A stretch of DNA of 63,996 nt, the filler included, from Basidiobolus ranarum (lineage: Eukaryota): assembly GCA_040143965.1 (NCBI GenBank). It is 6 parts of 6 records of this genome, joined end to end, with 100 filler letters (N's around TTAATTAATTAA, not from the genome) between each part and the next. Parts side by side here need not be neighbours in the genome. Positions count along the whole stretch, not along the records: positions 53,659 to 63,996 come from JASJQH010000714.1; 5 more parts are not named here. The stretch is one strand, 5' to 3'. Both the position numbers and the translations under genes were made by a program. Positions 54,592-63,996 of the stretch are shown piece after piece. The notes below the pieces were generated by a model that worked only from the letters and a program-made list of their open reading frames with translations, was not told the DNA's origin and did not search any database. Position 1 is the stretch's first letter; every line of letters starts with the position of its first letter.

Positions 54592-55334
54592 TTAATAGAA
54601 AGTAGAAGGACGCTTAGCAATGAAAAGACTGCGGTTAGCCTTGTCAGCGGGGCGAGCAACGCGATGGGGAAGAGGGAAACGAAGCTTGGGAACCATAAGT
54701 TGCTTGATGTAAGGACGACGAACATCAGCATTGGCTACCTCAGCAACACGAATGATTTGAATGGATCTGAAACGGGCACGGTGACGAGCAGCCATATCTT
54801 GATAACAGGCCTCGACAGCGTCGTTACGGGTCAACTCACGGTACTCCTTGTACATGTTGTGAGTACCGGAGCGAGAGTCATAACGAAGCCAGATACCGAA
54901 AGTCTTGATCTTCAATGGGTTCTTTTCGAAGATTTCGTTAAGAGAGACAATCTCACCAGCTGCCTTCTTGACCTTCTTGAGCTTGGTCAAGAAATACCAG
55001 AAGCGACTCTTGGCGACAACTTCGTTAGGAGCGAAGATACGCATGCGGAAAAGTCTGGGGACCGGTTCCTTTTCGGAAGGAAGCTTACGGCCGATAATTT
55101 GATATTCGTGCAACTTTGGGATAATCAAAGAATTAGTACATGTTGACGCTGGTATTTCTCTATTATGAAGTGTCCATGTAATTCGAAAAGAAAATGAGTT
55201 TCAATATAGTATCTTGTGCTGGTCTAGATGATGGATGGATTTATACTAACGATGGATACCATATATTACTCGTATTACACTTCCACATCACAATATGACA
55301 ATTGGTAATTGGTAAACACACTTACTCTACCCAT
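54592..55334 (-). CDS. RPL20: 60S ribosomal protein eL20 (L18a)
   Basis: Exon 1 MGR (55326-55334), intron 55114-55325, then [12 protein letters not shown]...[16 protein letters not shown]...[16 protein letters not shown]...RPSTFY. Confidence 0.97.
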
Positions 55335-55864
55335 CGATACTGAAAAAAACCGAGAGATCCTCACGCGCAAAAGAAAGAACCCACATTGTTGCTTGGCAAT
55401 TTCTTTTAATTGCCTAACATTCTAACTGAGAGTTGATTGGATCTTTTCAAAAAATTACTTGCTCTGATCATTGTGGTGAATCTGGAGTGACGAATAGTTA
55501 ATTTAACTGTTCCAAAATCTAATATTCTGGAATATAGCGCATGCAGTCTTCTTATTTCGCAATTGGAACTCCGCGTAGTCATTGTTGGCTAAGTGGCTGA
55601 GGATAGTTACCAAAAAGCCATAAACGAAAATCAGGGTGAGGCTATTATCCGGTTTAGCGCCGATAAGCATCATGCTTTCAGTTAACCGCTTTCATTTAAC
55701 CTTCACTATTAATGAATTCTGATGATGAAGTTAGCCCTAAATCTTACATTCCAAATTACTATTATATAAAGTGTGTTTATCGCTGTGCTGTATCATCAAG
55801 GCTTGAATCGTCCACAAAATCATATCCGTACCAACCTAACCGCTAAATTCTTGAGCGATATAGC

Positions 55865-55973
55865 CACGTGATGTGACGCAACTTTCTAGATGTCATTTAG
55901 TACGGAATCTTAAATTAAAGAGCCAGTTTGTCATCATATTTAGACCAATTTGTGACGTCGCTGAATACGTCAT
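55865..55973. promoter_or_regulatory. Cluster of CACGTG and ATF/CREB-like sites upstream of the trehalose gene
   Basis: CACGTG at 55865, TGACGCAA at 55874, TGACGTC at 55953, ACGTCAT (ATGACGT on the minus strand) at 55967. Confidence 0.35.
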
Positions 55974-56266
55974 GTACACAATTTAATGCTCGTATTGTGT
56001 ATGTATCGAGAATTGCAAAAATGATTGTCCTTATACTTTCCTACCTATTATCAATTGCCAGGTCTGTTTAAAAGCCAAATATCTGCTCAAGATATATATA
56101 TCATTTTCAAATCATCCTTTTCTGTCTACACTTTAAAGCTTATTGCGCAGCCCCTATTTTGTAGAACCCCTCATACTAAACCTTTTCCAATATTGATAAA
56201 GGTAATACGTTGCACGTTGCAATAAAGTCTATCAATTTCTGAACAGTCTCAATTTGAAGTAAAGCC

Positions 56267-59200
56267 ATGTTTCTCGAACCAGCTGGAAAGAATGTGATTG
56301 TGGCCTCTTTTTTTCTTCCAAATACGGTTTCTTTCAATAGTGAAGATAAAGTTATTGCTACCGTTGAGAGTACCGCTAAAACCCAACCTACTATCCCTAA
56401 AATAGCCATAGACAACTTGCGAAATGGTCCTCAGGCTAGTGTGATTGAACGTATGATACAAAAGAAAAAAGGACTTTCTGACTCTAGACCTGAAAGAGAT
56501 TTCAGTATACCTCGTAGTAGGAATGCTTCTCCCACGAGATCACCCGCAAGCACACCACCTGTTTCCGCAAAAGAGAATAAAATATCACCCAAAAGACAGC
56601 AAAGAAGAAAATCTGTCTCAGCCAGTTCACCAGATTCGCCTTGGACAGTAACACCTTGTTCAATAGGAAATATCGGCTTACACAACGCGGTGAACTCGAT
56701 TGCCGACAAATTAGGTACCAGAACCTGGATTGGTACATTATCTACATCTACCGAGGATCTTAGTGAGAGGAATCGCAATGCTATAAAGGAGGAATTGAAA
56801 GATAAACATGATTGTCTTCCAGTCTTCCTTTCTGACGCTGAGATGGACGGTCACTATAATAAGTTTTGTAAACAGGTAAACTCTACAAAGATTGTTCATG
56901 AGTGATTGGGTCAGATTTTTACTTAGTATTCTTAGGTATTGTGGCCTATGTTTCATTACATTCTCCCCGAATACCCGCAGTCTCTCGGATATGAAGATGA
57001 AGCGTGGCAGCATTGTCTTTCTGTGAATAGAAAATTCGCAGACGCTGTTGTTGAAGTGTACCAACCTGGAGATATAAGTAAGTAAAGAGCTATTATCTTA
57101 TATATTATCTTTGCTAGTATTTCATGAAATATACTAACTGCCGTGAAATAAGTTTGGGTTAATGATTATCATCTGATGCTTCTACCTGCAATGATACGCG
57201 ACAGAATCCCAGAAGCGAAGGTGGGCTTCTTCCTTCATATCCCATTCCCTAGCTCGGAAATCTTCAGATGTCTTCATGGTTAGATCTCTTTCTGAAACCT
57301 GACAATAAGTATATAGATTTGTTAAACTTCATTGAGCAGTTCGTCGACAGATTCTGGAAGGCGTGTTAGGTGCTGATTTGGTTGGATTTCAGGTAGAATT
57401 CGTACATTAATCATTTGTAGTATGTAATGGTACACTAATGGTAGCATATGTTTAGACTTATTCGTTCGCACGTCATTTCCTCGAGAATTGTAGTAGAGTC
57501 TTATCATATGAATCCTCACCTAAAGGAATTCAATTCGATGATAGATTCGTTTCTGTTGGAATATTTCCCATTGGTATGACCGTTTGCACAGCAGTTTGGT
57601 AAATAAGTCACTAATAACTCGACACTTTCTAGGTATCGATGCTTCGGCTCTTAACGAGAAAAGGTATGTATTACGATTTGCTGGTAGTATTGGCTGAGAT
57701 TGACCATCATCTTTAGAAATATTCCTGATGTGACGGAAATCGCAACATCTTTACGAGAGAAATATGGTGACAAGAAGCTAGTGATCGGTCGTGACAAGCT
57801 AGATTATGTCAAAGGCGTGAGACAAAAGATGTTGGCCTTCGAGATGTTCTTAAATATGTACCCGGATTGGAGAGGAAATGTACGTATCTCGCATGTTATT
57901 ACTAGTGACGATTACTTAATCGATTGACATAAACTACAGGTCATCCTCTTGCAGATATCACTCCCTACTACTGAACACAATGAACTACAAGGTCAGGTAT
58001 CTGACATTGCTTCTCGAATCAATGCCAAATATGGCAGTTTGTCGTATCAACCTGTTATATATTTGCACCAAGAAATTGATTTTAGTCAATACTTGGCTCT
58101 ATTAACGGTTGCCGATTCCTTCATGATTACTTCGCTAAGAGATGGCATGAATCTTACGTCTCATGAGTATGTAATGTGCCAAGAAGAAAAGTGTAGTCCT
58201 TTGATTATCAGTGAGTTTGCTGGTACTTATGGTAGCTTTGGTGCTGCTGCGATTCGTGTCAATCCATGGGATACTCGCCAACTTGCACAGGCTATTAACG
58301 AATCGTTATCAATGCCTGATGAAGAGAGAGCCTATAGATGGAAGGAATTGCATGATCATGTAATTACCAATTCGGCTCAGTTCTGGGCTGAAAGCTTTAT
58401 AGACGAGCTTGATAAAGCTCATGGAGAACGTCGCAGCTCAGTTCAGATACCTCATATTACACCGTTCGTCGCTAAACCAGCTTACCAAAGTAGTCAAAAG
58501 CGACTTTTCTTTCTCGACTATGATGGCACACTAGCTCCTTATGTCCGAGCTCATTCCAATCCTGCGTCATTTGATAGAGTCAAAAAGCTGCTCGAGAGTT
58601 TGACCGATGATCCAAAGAACACCGTCTATATAATGAGTGGTAGAACTACTTCTTCACTTGACGAAGTTCTTGGCAGTATTCCAAACTTAGGCTTCAGGTA
58701 GGTCTTTTCATCTGTTGTTGTGTCGCTAGATACATAAACTAAGTAAACATTTAAATTTCTAGTGCAGAGAATGGTTGTTTCGTCAAGCACCCTGGTTCCG
58801 ATTGGGAACGTCTCTTATCCGACAACGATTTTAGCTGGCAAGGGAAAGTTAGAGAGGTGGGACTTTGCTGTGGTAAACCCTTAAAGATTACATTACTTAT
58901 TGGAATTTGGGTTATTCTAGATATTTGAATACTACACAGAGCGAACTCCAGGTTGGATCAGATTTTACCAGCATAATATATAACAACAGGCACATTTCTA
59001 ATCACATTCACATTTAATACAGGGTCTTACATTGAATCGAAAGAAGTGGCTCTTGTATGGGACTATCGTTTAGCAGATAATCCGTCATATGGGTATGCCG
59101 ACCTTTATTTATCAGTTTGAACTGTAGATTTACAATCGTTTTTGTTAGCGCTTGGCAAGCCGCTGAATGTCAGAATCATATTCAAGATGCACTTGGAACC

Positions 59201-59566
59201 GTATATCCAATTCATGTCGTAGGTGTTAGTAAAAATCTCGAGGTAAGTTCGTAGTCTGTATATACCTAGCGCTACCTTATTTGATATTGATAAATCATTT
59301 CATAGGTTCTTCCACGCTCGGTATCCAAAAGCAATGCGGTCCATCGTGTACTGGAGGCCAATCCCGAGGCAGATTTCATTGTTGCAATTGGAGATGATCG
59401 TACTGATGAGGACATGTTCGAAGCGTTGGAGAATTTACAATTAGTTCAGCCTGAAAAAAGCATCTTTACATGTACAGTTGGATCAAAAACTACACAGGCT
59501 AGTTACTTCGCTAGCAGTGTAAATGCAGTACTCTCCTTCCTGTCTGGACTACCAGATCAAAAATAA
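56267..59566 (+). CDS. Trehalose-6-phosphate synthase/phosphatase family protein (TPS2/TSL1-like), multi-exon
   Basis: GT20 domain (FCKQ|VLWPMFHY, WVNDYHLML, FFLHIPFPSSEIFR, RDKLDYVKG, RDGMNL, SEFAG) plus an intact HAD phosphatase (FLDYDGTL, MSGR, IGDDRTDEDMF). Confidence 0.93.
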
Positions 59567-59960
59567 GCCTTGTCTGATGTACATTGTCGATTGGTATTAT
59601 TTCTCGTGTCTAAGTATTAACTCATATAAAGCTCAAAAACTTCATATAAATAAACTTAATAACTGTCATTTCCAATAGTGCTTGAATACTAGATATTCTC
59701 AATAGTGCCTGAATACTAAAATCACATAATCTAGTCAATTAGCTTAAGAACCGCTTCAATATACTGCTAATATATAAATCCCTATTAGTGCAGGTAATTT
59801 AGGTTATTATCAAGACTATCCCTTTGCGATCAATACACCAGCAGTGTTGCTCTCATCCAACATCAACTCTTACAATAAAACCTGATCCCTTCTTTAACGA
59901 ATTACACGTATAGGGCTAAATATGTAACCTTTATTAAGTCGCTTCAACTAGTCTTCCGAC

Positions 59961-60441
59961 TTAGGCAGTCTTAGCAGGGCTTGGCTTCTTACCATCGCGG
60001 TCAAATCTGAATCTGGGAGGAGGGGTTCTGATTCTGCGGCCTACGCAAGAACGAACACGGACAATGTGCTGATGGATAGCGCAGGAGATGCAGTAGTGCA
60101 ATTTAACATACAACTTGGGAAGAGCGTATTCAGCATACACTGAGGCTTCCTTAAGATCACGAACGGCAGCAGATTCAACCATGTTACGGATGGTGAAACG
60201 TTTGATGGCCTTGTCCTTAGGAACGCAACGAGCGCAGTTTACGCAACGAACTGGCTTAACGTGACCGCGTCCACTCTTGTTACGTCCGTGGTTTCTTCTC
60301 TTTGTGGTCTATAATTTACATTATATTAGAATCTTATTACTGAAAGTCTACATCTCTGCAGGTGTCGCTGTACAGATTATCCTCTAACATTTCACTTCCA
60401 TCCATCACAATATTTTATACAAGTACATAATCACTTACCAT
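59961..60441 (-). CDS. RPS26: 40S ribosomal protein eS26
   Basis: ATG-only first exon, intron 60309-60438, then [38 protein letters not shown]...YCISCAIH. Confidence 0.97.
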
Positions 60442-60871
60442 GATTGCACAAAGTCTTGAATAGAGGAAAAAGATGGATCACACTATGGAGGTCCAGAATT
60501 TTTATTACCCATCGAATTCGCTCTCGCCCATCATATATGGACCTTTTTCTAGGTCCCCTAATTACTCTGATTTATTGACCAATCATTGAAGGCTGTGATA
60601 GATGGAGCATTTATCCATACATATCCAAGCCACTTTGGTAGTATAAGAGAAGCGCATTTGGCAATATATGAATTCTCCACGCTTTTTAGTCTTAGCCTTT
60701 AGGTAGTTGAAACCTCGCTCACTAAACCAGGTACTAACTGAAGTAATCCTGAAGCTAATAGAAGTATATACTGTTTCTATCCGTAAGTTCTCTACAAACC
60801 AAAAATTTGTTTGGAATCACCCAATGATATCAGAAGAAATAGATTTCATAAAACCATTAACAATTTGATAT

Positions 60872-61327
60872 GTAAACAATCGTCTGGCTCACACAGTCTT
60901 AAAATTTATTATCCATGACCCGGGAACTGTGTTTTTCTTTCAGGAAAGTTGTGTCTACTGGCGTTTTTGTTTTGGTTTATCGTTTTCTGTAGGTATAACT
61001 TTTCAAACTACCGTACCTGTTTACAAACTTCTCGTTTGAAACCGTGTACCTTTCAAAGTAAAGCATCTCAGATCTAGTTACTCTTGATCAACTTGTTCTT
61101 CAGAGATTATTATATTGGCTTAGGCGACTTCACCCTCTAACCATAACAAACCCCCTTACCTTAGGAAATATTATTTATTTCTCACTATTTACTTTTGTGT
61201 TTCATATCAGTAATAGCCTGCAACTCCTTGTGCTTTCCTCAAAATCATTCCTTCCCCAGTTTTAATCATACGTGTATCTAAACACGTGTATCCTCTACCT
61301 CGCTCCATCACTACTAAAACGTAAACA
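60872..61327. promoter_or_regulatory. Three forkhead consensus sites (GTAAACA) upstream of the forkhead gene
   Basis: GTAAACA at 60872 and 61321; TGTTTAC at 61018. Confidence 0.4.
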
Positions 61328-61342
61328 TTATCTTTAATTCTA

Positions 61343-62844
<1,502 letters not shown>

Positions 62845-63317
62845 TCACCTCATTCAACAAGATAGCCAAAATTTAGTGTACATTAGACTTCAATCGGACA
62901 ATCAAAACCAGGTCTCCAAACGCACCTTCACCTCATCACACAATCACGCTTTTGTTGTATTTACAGTTCATTTCCAATTTCCGTTTATTTGTTTCTAATT
63001 ACTTTGTCGTTGTGATATTTTCTTTCTCCTCTTCCTCTTCACATTCTCTTCCTCATTATTTTGGATATATTCTGGCTTAAATCAGCACACTCGTTTCATT
63101 TTATCATGGTTCCTTTTGCGATATCTTAATCTAGTTATTAAGAAATCAGTATCGTCATCAATAAAATTCCAAATCCCTAATTCAACCATTGGAATATTTG
63201 CTAATATTAAATATATCTTATATATTCATTTATACCTTTGATGATCATACTACAAACTATATTTGGATTTTTAGGGAATTGAATAATCTGAAACTATTGA
63301 AAAGATGGTGCTGTTAC

Positions 63318-63747
63318 TGTTAAAGTATTTTGGGAGCCAGTTGGAAGTGGTTTGGAGAATTAGAGAAATTGGTGATTTTCACTAGTTGAGTCAATAAACT
63401 TACTCTCTATATTCTCTCTAATAAAATGATGTCCAATATCTATATGTTTGCTTCTAGTATGTAATGTGGGATTTCTAGCTAATTTGATTATCTTGGAATA
63501 TTGTAGTTGGTGAATTTGGAGAATAGCCTAAATCTGTTAAGAATTTTCTTAACCATATTGCTTCTTTTGTTGCTTCACAAGCAGCCATGTATTCTGCTTC
63601 TGTTGTTGAAAGTGCTATGGTAGGTTGTTTCCTTGAATTCCAAGAAATAGCTCCATTACAGCAAAGAAATAAGTATCCTGTTGTAGATGTCCTGTCTTCA
63701 ATATCTCTTCCCCAATTTGCATCTGAATATCCCATCAGATCAAAGTT
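63318..63747 (-). mobile_element. Ty1/Copia retrotransposon remnant: RNase H plus partial 3' LTR (family 2)
   Basis: GYSDANWGRD..DRTSTTGY...AISWNSRKQPTIALSTTEAEYMA...FQDNQ. The LTR end ...ACTTTAACA lies at 63318 on the minus strand. Confidence 0.9.
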
Positions 63748-63996
63748 TGTTGGATAATTAATCTTTATTCAACATCATAGTTAACTTTAGTTATGATACC
63801 TATATCAGAAACAGAAAGCAACGTATCTATAGCCCCTATATTCTAAATAGGAATATCTCTATATCTATATAACAAGTATGTCTTCTTACCCCCACTTATC
63901 TATTATATCTTATTACACAAAACTCCTGAATATCTCAAACAATTGATTTACTTTTCTACTATATAAGTCACCATATACTCTTAAGAATAAACTAAC
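63748..63996 (-). repeat. LTR, family 1, inserted into the Copia coding sequence
   Basis: Reverse complement of about 10765-11013. Its ...CCAACA end abuts the Copia pol frame just before GYSDA. Confidence 0.85.

Noticed and set aside
54523-55146. 207-aa plus-strand ORF
   Set aside because: Antisense shadow of the codon-biased RPL20 exon.
55114-55325. Box C/D snoRNA in the RPL20 or RPS26 intron (GTGATG resembles a C box)
   Set aside because: No exact RTGATGA and no CTGA D box on the sense strand of either intron.
59673-59718. 19-bp near-perfect direct repeat between TPS and RPS26
   Set aside because: A simple local duplication in the 3' intergenic region with no further structure.

Overview
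Intron-rich fungal genomic DNA, probably from an early-diverging fungus (Zoopagomycota/Mucoromycota-like; inferred from gene content and short GT-AG introns). The window is not one locus: five 100-nt N spacers with a TTAATTAATTAA linker join contigs of steadily decreasing length (10638, 10631, 10626, 10619 nt), so genes on opposite sides of a spacer are probably unlinked. Host genes include a CLASP C-terminus, a TBRG1-like FYR protein, a P450, a carboxylesterase, a rhodanese-PTP, a Yap1/Pap1 C-terminus, a histidine phosphatase, a PKA regulatory subunit, an RBM5/10-like protein, a HAC1-like bZIP, a proteinase B-like subtilase, Rab6, an FlbC-like C2H2 factor, a TFB1M/KsgA-like enzyme, RPL20, a TPS2/TSL1-family protein, RPS26 and an FHA-forkhead factor. 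CpG-depleted LINE and LTR remnants are also present. Most notable: (1) an intron-containing Fanzor (eukaryotic TnpB-like RNA-guided nuclease) 3' fragment missed by the ORF track, with a candidate omegaRNA hairpin, a transposon right end and an exact 13-bp flanking duplication that may be a scar of guided cleavage and aborted homing; (2) an intronless bacterial-type gene fusing an AbrB/MazE DNA-binding domain to an Rpn-type C-terminal (antitoxin-like) domain inside fungal DNA; (3) LINE ends followed by TAACCC telomere-like units; (4) a motif shared at the same position in the first introns of two ribosomal protein genes.
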